Shown: one piece after another, positions 1 through 12,316 of the stretch | Numbering within the stretch: position 1 is the first letter of the stretch | Layout of the letters: each line of letters starts with the position of its first letter | Assembly: GCA_964016885.1 (NCBI GenBank) | Contig: OZ024743.1 | Coordinates: 154,752,001-154,816,000 of the forward strand | Length of the DNA stretch: 64,000 nt | Source of the DNA: Eledone cirrhosa | Taxonomy: Eukaryota | Direction: 5' to 3' | Translations under genes and position numbers: made by a program | Notes under the pieces: model-generated | Database searches by the model: none | Told to the model about the DNA's origin: nothing | What the model saw: the letters and a program-made list of their open reading frames with translations, nothing else

Positions 1-520
1 CGGCGAAAACACTCTGAGAATCGGGAGAGGGCCCTAGAAGATCAAGGGACAGGCGTCCGAAATGAACAACATAACGACAGAACGTGCAACTGCAGAGCGG
101 GCACGCAGTACCCCCTGCAGGAAAGATGCCTGACGAAGGGCCTGGTATATAAATGTGTGGTTAGCACATATAATATAACGCGCACCTACATCGGCGCAAC
201 ATCCATGACCTTTAAATCGCGGATGTATAACCACACGACCTCTTTCAAGGATCAGAGTAAGATGCACTCTACTTGGCTGGCGGACCTGTTGTGTGACTTG
301 AAGTACAAAGGCACTCCATATGCCCTTGACTGGAGTATCGTTCGGCACGCGAATACATACTCGGCTGGAAAATGAAAGTGTAGGCTATGCCTATACGAGG
401 CCATGGAGATAGTCAGACTGAAGGATAATGCGGTCAACCTGAAATCGGAATTAATCATGACGTGCAGACACCAGAGGTGCACACTCTCAGCATATTATCC
501 ACCGGCAAGCCCAGGTTAAA
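1..520 (+). pseudogene. Penelope-like (Naiad-type) GIY-YIG endonuclease fragment, runs off window start
   Basis: Translation RTCNCRAGTQYPLQERCLTKGLVYKCVV...TYIGATSMTFKSRMYNHTTSF...DWSIV...K*KCRLCLYEAMEI...NLKSELIMTCRH has the same motif order as the endonuclease at 14753-15200; one in-frame stop. Confidence 0.85.
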
Positions 521-1154
521 AGCATGCGGCGGAGCGTGCGCCGACCAGAGCGGCGAAACTGGTTCAAGGAATCACACACCAAACCCTGATGACTATATAT
601 GCCCCGTGGGGTTTACCGAAATAACCCGGGATGCATACCCGCCTCTACACGTCACCCATGGCAAGAACATCGCCTGAGACGGCACATATTCACCTGGATT
701 CTACTGACTTTCAGTCAAATGCATTACACCTATAGGACAATATACCTCAACCACAGTGACATATACAGTATAGCCGAAAAGCGCACCGCATGCATGAGTA
801 TATTTTCAATAGCGAGTCCATACTCTCCACGTATTCCATCTTGTAACATATATTATATTTTCTGAATATCTCATGCTTCTCCTGTGTACTATCTCATACG
901 CATACACGTTCCTCATTCTTCTTTTTTATATATCTCTTTAACGTTATATCTATAATTTTAATATATTGCATATTTATTATTTATATATGTGTATATACGT
1001 ATGTGCATATATAGATGTATATATATATGTAGATATATGTGTGTGTGTATATGTATGTGTATGGTTAATTTGTTTATATATGTGCATGCTTATAACAAGA
1101 TGCATAATTTCATGTATGACCCATCTTTATATGACTTTATGTATATGTCCTATT

Positions 1155-1211
<57 letters not shown>

Positions 1212-1332
1212 ATGTATCTCTGTAGGCATGCTTGGGCCTGTATGTGAATATGGGCATATTTGTAAGAGTGTATATGAGGAAGTGTGTGTGTGTGTACAAA
1301 CACCCAATGTAGCGAAAGGGCTTGTTAGTGTG

Positions 1333-1369
<37 letters not shown>

Positions 1370-1377
1370 ATAGGTGT

Positions 1378-1425
<48 letters not shown>

Positions 1426-1860
1426 CTTTGTGAGCGAGTCTGTATATGTGCCTGTATATGGGCATGTAGGCAGGCCTCTGTGTCTGCGTATGTCTAATTA
1501 TGTTTGTTATATGTTCTCCTTAAATGTGTGTGTATAGCGGGAGTCTATGAGTACGGATATTGTTATCTATGTGATTGTGTGTGTGTGTATATGTGTGTGT
1601 GTGAGTGCGCGCGTGAACGTGTGAACTACCAAAGCCAGCAGTAGTTCATTGAAGTGTTGCAGCAAAGGACAGCTGATGGTCAGTCGAATTGAGACTTGTT
1701 GGTCAGATTAACGATGACGTAGAAAAGCAGCAGCCAATAACAGGACGCGCGAAAATGATATTTTTGAGGCTAACGCACCAGTGAGAGAATTTGCACCAAA
1801 ATCATTAGACGTGTCCGTCGAACCTGCAAATCAAGAATCACACAGAACCACAAAATGATC

Positions 1861-1898
1861 GTGTCTTTAGCTCTCCGCCGGCGAAACAATTGTAACAC
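1861..1898 (+). ncRNA. Decayed type I hammerhead motif (core eroded)
   Basis: Stem I GTGT/ACAC and GAAA-CAATTG-TA are intact; the CTGANGA box is replaced by CTTTAGC; the downstream tail recurs inverted at about 31020-31062. Confidence 0.3.
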
Positions 1899-2250
1899 AA
1901 TAAATTGAGGTCAGATGCATCACCGATTTTTCGTATTATATGTATATATATATTATTATTATATATATAGGGAGAGAAAAGCAGAGAAAGAAAGATAATA
2001 ATGCTGAATGATACAGGAGAATTTAAGAAATAAAGCATTGTAATTGAAATATGAGAATTTGAGTGATACATCTATAGCCAAATATATAGAGAATACTATT
2101 AAAGGATAGCATGTAAGAATGTATATGGGGAATACTGTTCGTAGATTATATAATGCTTGCAATCATATATATATATATATATATATATAGTATTAAGGAT
2201 ACTATTTATGGTTATGTATATACTAAAATCTGTTATAGTTATATATATAT

Positions 2251-2360
2251 TTGTTTCTACTTTATGCACAAGGCCAGCAATAACCCAGTTCATTACTGGT
2301 ACTTTATTTTATCGACTCCGTAAGGATGAAAGGCAAAGTCAACCTCGGCGGGATTTGAGT
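2251..2360 (-). mobile_element. tRNA-derived SINE, 5'-truncated
   Basis: Reverse complement matches the copies at 11289, 13248 and 15929 (CCGAGGTTGACTTTGCCTTTCATCCTTACGG...GTACCAG...CTGGCCTTGTGC...GAAAC). Confidence 0.9.
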
Positions 2361-2374
2361 TATATATATATTAT

Positions 2375-3130
2375 ACCCTAAATAGTGAAAGACATTAATT
2401 TATTTCTATCTTATTACCAGTAAGATAAATAGCTCAATGTAACAACATCAGTTGTTTTACAGAGCAGTTATATAGAGATTACATGAAACAAAGTTCTGTT
2501 TAAATCATTTATCTGCTTACAATTGTTTCTTCCAAACCGAGGTTTGGAGTCTTCGGAGCAATTATTCAGTGATTTTTAATATACTTGACCTCCTTTTCAA
2601 CACAAGAGACATATATAAACATATGTATATATTGACCCACAGTGGGTTGACATCCATTACAATGATATAGCATGGTAATTTACATACACAGATTACAGTC
2701 ATATTAAAGGACAACATTAAAGTTAAAATGAAAATAAAAATAAAACATTGACAGTCTACTAAGATAAAGCAAAAGGAAAGTTTGGAGTAGCCAGTGTATG
2801 CAACAGTCACACGTGTGGCATGCACGCGTGTCCTATTTATACAAGATTATAGTGCGGCAGATTGTTACAAGTAAAACAAGCAGTCAAAGCAGGCAATTAA
2901 AATCATCATGGGGGCTGAACTGGTTAAATATTATTCACACACACCTGTACAATATAGAAGCCTGTGTGTGGAGAAACACCAAAAATATCAAACATATTAC
3001 AAATGAGAAGCAAAACAGCACCACTGTCCCTCGTACACACCACCACTCTCACAATCCAGGAAACGCAATTTATAGGCTACATGTCCATCTCACAATCCCC
3101 GATGATTCAACATTGGGTGCCTGGTGAACC
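2375..3130 (-). mobile_element. Non-coding HHR-bearing PLE pseudo-LTR, family A
   Basis: Homologous in direct orientation to 18990-19620; 2474-2568 is inverted at 4193-4287; 2375-2445 is inverted at 19672-19740. Confidence 0.65.
2514..2560 (-). ncRNA. Type I hammerhead ribozyme motif, CCGAAGA core variant
   Basis: Minus strand: TGCT-CCGAAGA-c TCCAAACC tc GGTTTGGA a-GAAA-CAATTG-TA-AGCA; palindromic stem III ACAATTGT. Confidence 0.75.
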
Positions 3131-4200
3131 ATGCTAGAACATCACAGCTTGTTCTTTAATTCGATTCCATAGAGTATGTTGTTTTTGTTGTGAGAGATGA
3201 CATCGTATTATATTCCGGAAATGTGTGTGTGTGATTAAGGGGAGTTAATGCGTAAGGGGAGGTAACTGGCTGATTTCTATAGCTAAATTTATTATCCTAA
3301 AGTACATTAATGGCGTCTCAAATGAGTTCCCATCATATAAGGTTATAATCAATTTCTAAATTTAAGTAACTTATCTATGAATTACAGTGTAGTCTATCAA
3401 GAAGTACTAAAGGTGTTCATGTTAGGATGATTACCTTTTTATCATAGAGTGCCCCCACCGAACATTCCACGTGAAGAGTCAGATCCCCAAATAAATGATC
3501 TTTGTAAGTGTAGTCTACCGGCAGGACCTGGCAGGGTCTTATTAGAATCACTTCTATATATGACTCCTGGTATGTTCTGGGTTATTGCATGACTGATTGC
3601 ATGGCAAAGTTAAATATCACAAGCGTAGTCCATAGATCAATTCTCACTTACAAAGACACTGATCTGACCATCAAGTCATACATGTATTTATAACTCATAC
3701 ATTACCTGTACATAATTCATTGCACTCAGAATATAGATTATATAGCTATTTTATGTTAATAAATTAATTACTAAATCTTTCATTTATCCAATGATGGCAC
3801 TACATACACAGGACAATGTTAGCACAACCAATTCCGTGCTTAAAGTTTACATTGGTGTAATGTAGTCTAAGCAATTGAAGGCCAATATACCAAAAGTAGA
3901 AGTACATGGGGATATCTCCAAGGTAAAAGGTACTAGGAGGATGTCACTATTTGCGTTAAAGTGGATTAATGGGTGTGGAGATGAGGTGTAAGGTGTGCCC
4001 CTGATGATTGCTGCTAAGGTGGTGACGGGTTCAAGTCTTACATTGTTATATATTGGGTTTAAAGTTTTGGAAGGAGTGTCGGAAGCGGTGTTGGAAAGAC
4101 GCGAACACTTCTGATTTTTTATTAAGGAGGTTACGGTTTGAGAAGATGATAGTATGGGTCTCTAGTAGACAGAGTTTACAAAATGTATTAGGTGAATAAT

Positions 4201-4247
4201 TGCTCCGAAGACCCCAATCCTCGGTTTGGAAGAAACAATTGTAAGCA
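4201..4247 (+). ncRNA. Type I hammerhead ribozyme motif, CCGAAGA core variant
   Basis: TGCT-CCGAAGA-ccccaatcctcggtttggaa-GAAA-CAATTG-TA-AGCA; inverted copy of 2514-2560. Confidence 0.7.
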
Positions 4248-4302
4248 GATAAATGATTTAAACAGAACTTTGTTTCATGTAATCGCTCTCTCTCTCCCTC
4301 TC

Positions 4303-4742
<440 letters not shown>

Positions 4743-4786
4743 AAACACACACAGATACTTTTAAATTGCCAGAAGCAGCAAGACAT

Positions 4787-5145
4787 TAGCTAACCAACAA
4801 CACTACCAAGATAAGGGTAGATGTCAGATGTACTTAGCAATAGCAAACCCAAATACTACAGGGAGCCTCACCACATAAATAATTTCTATAGACTTCGGAC
4901 TAAAGAATGCTCTCAAAACTGGCCAATGGGAGGTTTGACATTTTATTATTTTGTTCCTTTACCATCTTATTCCTTCTACCACTTTATCAATTTTGTTTAG
5001 CTAACTCCAACAATAACAACACTACCAACACAATAATTGAGGTCAGATGTACCTAACAATAACAACAACTACAGATTGGCTTGCCTCAGAACGAATTTCT
5101 ATAGACTTTTGAATGAGGAATGTTCTAACAACTGACCAATGAGAG
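4787..5145. repeat. Diverged duplication of about 150 bp, about 210 bp apart
   Basis: TTAGCTAAC...CAACACTACCAA...GTCAGATGTAC...AATTTCTATAGACTT...CCAATG is shared at 4787-4933 and 4997-5145. Confidence 0.7.
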
Positions 5146-5304
5146 GAGACGATGCCCTTTGACACTGAAATTCGTTTGTTTGAATTCATATAATTCCAGT
5201 TCCTCAGTGAAATAACAACCCAAGCAGGAAGTGGACATATCAGATTATTGACAAAATTATACACCTCAACAACTTATGTACCTGTCTATACCACACTAAT
5301 TCGG

Positions 5305-5351
5305 ACTGCCTGAAGAGGTCACAGCCAAAGATGGCTGTCACCGATAGCAGT
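5305..5351 (+). ncRNA. Hammerhead relic lacking stem III
   Basis: ACTGC-CTGAAGA-GGT c ACAGCC aaagat GGCTGT c ACC-GA/TA-GCAGT; stems I and II are intact, GAAA and stem III are collapsed to GATA. Confidence 0.55.
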
Positions 5352-5514
5352 AATAAATGAAGTTAAATTTTAAACATTTGACTTATTTATTTTATTTTAT
5401 TTTACATTGTTTCAGAGTAACCAAACCAACCTGCGCACTTCGTCAAGTGCTCCAATCGCATACTGAGGTGTTTGTATACAACCAACATATACTAAAAATC
5501 TCTCTCTCTCTCTC

Positions 5515-5578
<64 letters not shown>

Positions 5579-5606
5579 ATCAAAATATGGTTAAAAGGGT
5601 TCCATG

Positions 5607-5677
5607 TATTTTATTATGCGCATTTCAAAAATAAATATCATCATGCAATAACATTTGCGTTTTCGTCAGATAAAATA
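5607..5677 (-). ncRNA. Type I hammerhead ribozyme motif
   Basis: TATTTTAT-CTGACGA-long stem II-GAAA-TGCGCA-TA-ATAAAATA; 8-bp stem I, palindromic stem III ATGCGCAT. Confidence 0.85.
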
Positions 5678-5800
5678 GGGAGACATGATATGAGGGTTAA
5701 AACACACTTGTGAATAGTGCAGTTTTAAATCAACATATATTATGTTGATTTAAAACTGAACTATTCACAAGTGTGTTTTAACCCTCATATCATGTCTCGC

Positions 5801-5871
5801 TATTTTATCTGACGAAAACGCAAATGTTATTGCATGATGATATTTGTTTTTGAAATGTGCATAATAAAATA
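5801..5871 (+). ncRNA. Type I hammerhead ribozyme motif
   Basis: TATTTTAT-CTGACGA-aaacg CAAATGTTATT gcat GATGATATTTG ttttt-GAAA-TGTGCA-TA-ATAAAATA. Confidence 0.85.
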
Positions 5872-6035
5872 CATGGAACCCTTTTAACCATCTTTTGATC
5901 TTATATATTATTTATACACCAGTCCTACAAACTGTAGAGCGCTTCTTATCCGATATATGCATGCATTGCTTTATTGTACTACAATAAAACCCACCTCCTA
6001 CATATATATATATATATAAAATTAATATATATATA

Positions 6036-6140
6036 AAAGACACAGAAGCGAGAAGCGAAAACCAACCAAACAGTGAGTGTGTTCTGTTATTAATTCTGGC
6101 AATATTACACAAATATGAGCCTCCCCAAGTATAACAATAT
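6036..6140. mobile_element. PLE pseudo-LTR terminal segment, family B
   Basis: The motif GGGGAGGGTCATATT...TAATATTGCCAGAA.TAATAACAGAACACACTCACTGTTTGGTTGG recurs in either orientation at 11880, 12440, 33948, 46543 and 48280. Confidence 0.75.
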
Positions 6141-6181
6141 ATATATATATTTGAAAAAATGGGGAGAAGAATACTGCAGGT

Positions 6182-6962
6182 CGTAAAGCGAGTGAGACAA
6201 GTAAACAACAAAGAGGAAAGCTAACTGTAGATAGGAAGGGCACAAGCTACATTGTTATTCCGTCAGCATAAGCTGGGTGAATATATGAGCGCGTAGTAAA
6301 AAGACCTTTCAAGATGAATCCAAATGTAAGAAAGAAGGAAATTGTTTTCGTCGCGAACGGGGTGAAGTGAGAAGGGGAGAAACGGTGATTGAGTGAGTGG
6401 AAGTGTGAGGAAGAGGTCAGTAGAGAGAAAGTGTTAACTGACATGACAGAGGGGGCGAAAGAAAGTAAGAGAAACAGAGAGAACGAGGGAGCAGTAAGAG
6501 AGAGAGAGAGAAAAAAACAGAATCGCAGTTTAGGTAAATATATGTGAAAAAATGGGGAGAAGAATACTGCAGGTTGCACATGGATAACATGTTATAACAT
6601 GAGTCCCTCATCAGTGATTTGCCAACGATCACAGATATTTCATTGCATTAAAAATCATATACCTCACGTTGGTGCAATAATAACTAAATTAAGTTATTAG
6701 GACAATTAAAACGCGTAAAGCGAGTGAGACAAATAAACAACAAAGAGGAAAGCTAACTGTAGATAGGAAGGGCACAAGCTACAGAGTTATTCTGTCAGCA
6801 TAAGCTGGGTGAATATATGAGCGCGTAAAAAAAAGACCTTTCGAGATGAATCCAAATGTAAGAAAGAAATTGTTTTCGTCGCGAACGGGGTGAAGTGAGC
6901 AGGAGACAAACAGTGAGTGGGTGAGTGGAAGTGTGAGGAAGAGGACAGTAGAGAGAAAGTGT

Positions 6963-6968
<6 letters not shown>
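6182..6968. repeat. Direct repeat of about 255 bp (6182-6438 and 6714-6968)
   Basis: CGTAAAGCGAGTGAGACAA...CAGTAGAGAGAAAGTGTTAACT is present twice at high identity. Confidence 0.9.
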
Positions 6969-7208
<240 letters not shown>

Positions 7209-7827
7209 TACAAATCCTGCTAAGAGTATTACAATTGCTTGTCAGATTATAAAGTTTGGTGCACTGTCAGTCTACGGCCAGTCGCAGAAACCTGTGACAT
7301 ACCCTGAACAAGCAATGGCTGTGATTTGAATGATTTTGTAGTGGGGAAAGGTCTTGCACTCGACCAATCCCACTCTTTGAGCATCGAAAACACTACCTAA
7401 AAAGGAGACCTGGACATCAATTCCGGATGCTTTCGAAGCCGCAGTTTTTTTTTATTCAGAATTTCCCTCTCCTAGAAAGGTGTTGTGACAACAACTGGGG
7501 GCCTTTCTCTCCCAAGTTAAAAATAAATGTACTATTTGGATGGCCGTACACTCCAGCGAGTCCCACCCTTTGCCATGTCTTGTTTTTCATCCCCAGTGTC
7601 CATATAAGACCCTGCCGGTTTAGTCGCCGACGACCCGACCATGTGACAGGTTGTACTGGGTTACATGTTACCAGTACCACTCAAGAGCGACCTGGCACAC
7701 ACACAGAGACACACACACAAACTTATATATATATATATATGAGAAAGTGAGGTTTTTTTTACAAAATTAAAAAATAACCCAGGTGTCCTACACGAGTGAA
7801 AGTATAAAGAAATTATAATTACATAGT

Positions 7828-8525
7828 AAGTATGTTAATTTTTAATTTTTAAACATTTTCTTATTTTACGTCTTTCATATAATTGTTCTGCATCCCCCTG
7901 CATAGAACCACCTAGGTACTATGACATAACTTATGTATTTGCTAGCATTAGTGTACATCTGTACGCATATGTTGGTAAATATACTAATTCTCTATATTTA
8001 TCTCCAAATTATTTATTTGTTGAGCAAACTTGCCAAATCCACTGCTAATTCATTGTAGTGGTAGTAGGCTCTTGTCATATACCACCCCACTCCTCTGACT
8101 AGCCTCAGTGTCACGTGATGGATTCTTTAGAATCTGCCACTTAACCAGAGACAGTGAACTTTTTCAGTGCTATGGAATTCAGTCCCCGCTAGCTGTTCCA
8201 TCAACTGAATTATTATTTTTATATGAGTTCCTAGTGTCCGCGCATCGCCTGGGATCTTAGCTGAGAATAGACTCCCTGATGACGTAATTAATTCTCGATA
8301 GTTACATTGCGTAACTATATTTATCCCATTACAGAAACTAATTAGTTGGAGTGAAAATTTTAGTAAGTTAATTTTTAATTTTAAAAATTTTCTTATTTTA
8401 CGTCTTTCATATAATTGTTCTGCATCCCCTTGCATAGAACCACCTAGGTACTATGACATAACTTATGTATTTGCTAGCATTAGTGTACATCTGTACGCAT
8501 ATGTTGGTAAATATACTAATTCTCT
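7828..8525 (+). mobile_element. Partial-tandem non-coding HHR element, family D
   Basis: Direct repeats of about 165 bp at 7828-7993 and 8363-8525 flank a segment carrying an HHR; ends in (TC)n(TA)n; a third, diverged tail lies at about 12050-12230. Confidence 0.75.
8271..8352 (+). ncRNA. Type I hammerhead ribozyme with extended stem II
   Basis: ACTCC-CTGATGA-c GTAAT [insert with ATAGTTAC/GTAACTAT hairpin] ATTAC a-GAAA-CTAATTAG-TT-GGAGT; palindromic stem III ACTAATTAGT. Confidence 0.85.
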
Positions 8526-8540
8526 CTCTCTATATATATA

Positions 8541-8626
<86 letters not shown>

Positions 8627-9084
8627 AGTGTAGTTAATTCGAAACTTTGTGAGATACATAATGAAACCGATAATTTGCAATAAGCCGGTACAATGTGGTA
8701 GAAGAATATGAAACGCAAATGATGACAAATGGAAGAAAACAAAGCAATACAACATGATCTTTCTGGGCAAAAACACTTTTTCAAATGTGGCGCCGAAACA
8801 TTTCACAACATAAAAAAAGATCGATGTCCTTAAGGGGCCTGCAAAAACATATTTGCACGCCATGATTCTTCCCATTTCTACAGGGCCAAACTAGCCTATA
8901 TACAGAACGAGATATCTTGGACACGTAACACATGTAGCGTTATCAGCGACAGGCATAACATCATGGTGGAATTTCAGAGTGTTCTGACCGAAATAGTTTC
9001 CCCTATCATTGTCAACAACCTGTGAAATTCCATGGCAGCAACAATTAAAAATCAAGGAAAACACTCACCCCTAGAGATAACATA

Positions 9085-9560
9085 TGCTTACCTAAAGCTG
9101 CCCCATTTCAATAAGAACGTGACATATTCCATTAGATAAGCCAACTGTAGGGAGAGACTAAATATTAAGCTGATGCTACTCGTGACCCTCCATGACGTGA
9201 CTGCTCCAAGGACACCGACCTACATTCAGCGATACGTGCCCATTTCCTAATTGTCTGAACTAAAACGCTGAAGTGTACATGAATGTCTTTTGTGGTCTAT
9301 AAGATCACACGTTAAAAATCTAGCTTCTCGTACATCGGAAGTACTGGACGCATGCTGCACATACGGATCAAAGTAACGCATGACGATGAAGGATAATTTA
9401 AAAAAAAAATTGGTTTGTGCTTCAGTTATGACATTGATGTCACCAAAGACGAGACTGAAAGGAATGTAGGTAATTTAAGAATGAACGAGACCATTATTTT
9501 CAACCAGAAACAAACACAAGTAAATAGTATATCGGAGACGCAGGAGTCTGGTTATCATAA
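9085..9560 (+). pseudogene. Old PLE GIY-YIG endonuclease remnant
   Basis: YLKLPHF near 9087 and VVYKITR*KSSFSYIGSTGRMLHIRIK at about 9292-9372. Confidence 0.55.
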
Positions 9561-9934
9561 CCTATTATGGTCGTGTAAGCGGGTTTAGGAAGAAGACATC
9601 GATCGTTGAATTTGTTTTGAACTGTTTCAGCTCCGCATATTAAAGAGGGTACAATCCTGAAATATCATCTTCAGATTCATTGGATAAAACATTACTTTGT
9701 TCTGATTTGTTTGTCGTCACATGCTCTTGGTCATTTTTCTACATCTTTGTACCGGACTTTTCAGTAATATCGGTCTTTTATCACGCACAAATATACACTC
9801 ATGTACATATATATATGCATATATATATACACACACACATATATATATATGCATACACACACACATACACACACACACGCTCACACACACACACTCACAC
9901 ACACACACACGCACAAACACATATATATATATAT

Positions 9935-10583
9935 ATTGAAAGTTCGTATTTCTAAAGAAATACGATACGTTTATAGATAAACATTTAGAAAGCCGTAGCT
10001 ATGCAAGGCACCAACAGAAGCAAGGGGGACAATCATCGATGCGTTTCGATTCCTTCTACACTTGCGACTGTTGGACTTGAAAATAGGCGAGAATATATGG
10101 TCTTCTCGTCTGTGTGGATGATCTGATTAATCTCATATGCATATGGAGCTGCATATGAAGATGCATATGTTGTCTCAACTTATAATAGGATATCATTAAG
10201 ATTTTGCTTCATACATAGCTGTATACACAATTGTATTGACATTTCGTATTTTTAAAGAAATACGATATGTTTATAGATACATATTGAGAAAGCCGTAGGA
10301 ATGCAAAAGTTATAGCCAAACTTATGCAGCTTCATATACAAATGAGATTAATCACCTCATTTAAAAAGACGAGAAAAGCATATATTCTCGTCAGTTTTCG
10401 AGTTCAGCAGTCGCAAGTGTGAGAGAGATTGTCCTCATGAGAACCAGTTAATTTCATAATGTTTCCCTTGGATCTGCTGGACACGAGCACAGTGTGATAG
10501 CCTCGTGGTTTTGCATAGTAATGGCTTCCTAATTGTTTATCTATAAACATATCGCATTTCTTTAGAAATACGAAATTTCAATA
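9935..10583. mobile_element. MITE/fold-back-like element with terminal inverted repeats of about 75 bp
   Basis: ATTGAAAGTTCGTATTTCTAAAGAAATACGAT...TATGCAA at 9935-10006 is inverted at 10511-10583; internal direct copy at 10235-10307; inner inverted pair about 10058-10157 / 10322-10420. Confidence 0.6.
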
Positions 10584-11288
10584 CATATCTCTGTGTGTGT
10601 GTGTATATATACACAAACACACTCACACACAAACACACATACACACACACACGCGCATGTATATATATATATATATATACATTCGCATGTATATAATTAT
10701 ATATACATTGCATAACGATTTAGATATCACCCTGTCTCTATATTTATCTATTTATCTTTTAACCTATCAAACTCTCAGCCATTTACCAAAATTTTATGCA
10801 GTAACCTTACTTTTCAAAACAATATCTTCCTTCTTGAATGGTCTATTCTGAATTATTCCATCCGTGTTCATATGTTCCTATAATTACTATTATCAAACAT
10901 GGATGGCATTTTCAATATTGCAAATTACCACTATTAGTAATTGGACATTCCTGATAATATTGATTTAGCTGGATATGTCAGTCGTAATATTAACTTTACT
11001 AACTTCAATGAAACAGACATTCTTCATGCTTCAAGAATACATGACAAATCTCCTCCGCATACAATCAAGAAATGAATTTAAAATGAATGAAGGGTGACAT
11101 ACATATTAAAGAGTCAACATTTTAAAGACAGGTGTATGAGTCTAGCACATATTTAATGAAAACCTTACTATTAAACGTGCACGTGTACTAAGATTGAAAT
11201 TAGCAGTGTCTATCCGGATCTGATCCATACTACTATTGAGATTACTGAAAATGAGTAATATATGTTGCGTGCAATTCATTATTTCTAC

Positions 11289-11469
11289 GTGAATTGGCAG
11301 TATCGGTAGAGGGTCGGACGCCATACTTTGACTCATAGAGTTACGGCCTTTGCCATTCTGAGTTCAAATCCCGTCGAGGTTAACTTTACCTTTCATCCTT
11401 ACGGGGTGATAAAATAAAATACCAGCAATGGACTGGGTAATTGCTGGTCTTGTGCCAAAAGAAGAAACA
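11289..11469 (+). mobile_element. tRNA-derived SINE (octopus-like) with 11-bp TSD
   Basis: A box TGGCAGTATCGG, B box GTTCAAATCC; ATTATTTCTAC duplicated at 11278-11288 and 11470-11480. Confidence 0.9.
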
Positions 11470-12276
11470 ATTATTTCTACAAAATTCTTTTTTTTTTGTG
11501 AAATAATTTGTTCATGTGTAACGAATGGCAGGCGAATTTAAATCTGTGAATGTGTTTTCGTGTTGTATTCATATATGTTGTTCTGTATAATGTGTGTGCA
11601 TGTTCTGTATGATCTGGTGTATGTTCCTGTAGGTAATTTTGTGTTGAGTGTGGGTATTAATCTATATGCATGCAAGTACGTGTTTAACATCTTTATTGCG
11701 GTGCCAATGAGAAGTTAAGCTAGTATAGACATACTGATAGACAGAAACACATATAGGAGCACATGTACACATACATACACACACAGACATATACACACCA
11801 CAGACATATACACATAGGTATATATACATATTTGTTTTGCAATGTTTTTAATGGGAATTCGTGTGTCGAAACAAATATTGTTATACATGAGGGGGTGGGG
11901 TCATATTGTTGTAATATTGCCAGAAATAATAACAGAACACACTCACTGTTTGGTTGGTTTTCGCTTCCGTATCTTTCATATCTCCATATTTACGTTATTT
12001 GGCAATCAATGTTTATCATTGTTAGATATAAATATATATATATAAATATAAGTAAGAAAACAATTTTTTTTAAATTTTTTTTTAAAAAATATTTTCTTAT
12101 TTTACGTCCTTTATATTATTGTTCTGCATTCTCCTGCATTGAACCACCTAGGTACTATGACATAACCTGTGTATTTGCTGGCATGGGCGTGCATCTGTGC
12201 GCTTATGTTAGTTGATATATTAAATTATCTATATATAAATATATATATATATATTTATATATATATATATAGTCTA

Positions 12277-12316
12277 TCAAAATTCTTTCGTTGCACATCT
12301 GCAACATCATCAGTGG
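12277..12316 (-). ncRNA. Minimal hammerhead motif, family B pseudo-LTR
   Basis: CCA-CTGATGA-t GTTGCA gatg TGCAAC-GAAA-gaattt; stems I and III are imperfect; same motif at 34150 and 48215. Confidence 0.65.

Larger units (their letters stand above)
5571..5907. repeat. Near-perfect palindrome (167-bp arms, 3-nt loop) of an HHR-bearing pseudo-LTR, family C
   Basis: Arms 5571-5737 and 5741-5907 are reverse complements with few mismatches; a single unfolded copy lies at 53071-53238. Confidence 0.95.

Noticed and set aside
373-375. In-frame TGA in a Naiad-type endonuclease as possible selenocysteine (reported for some Naiads)
   Set aside because: The TGA is two codons before the conserved C..C rather than at a Cys position; Cys codons in the 14753-17130 ORF are normal; no convincing SECIS seen
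584-632. CTGATGA...GAAA downstream of the first endonuclease fragment
   Set aside because: No closing stem II pair, no stem III and no UH site could be built
1895-1935. KLRSDASPIF resembling a THAP-domain AVPTIF box
   Set aside because: No C2CH motif upstream; the sequence is a non-coding repeat tail also present inverted at about 31020-31062
3150-4150. Possible very old PLE RT on the minus strand between the family A inverted repeats
   Set aside because: Only faint motif hints; no catalytic motifs readable without a profile search
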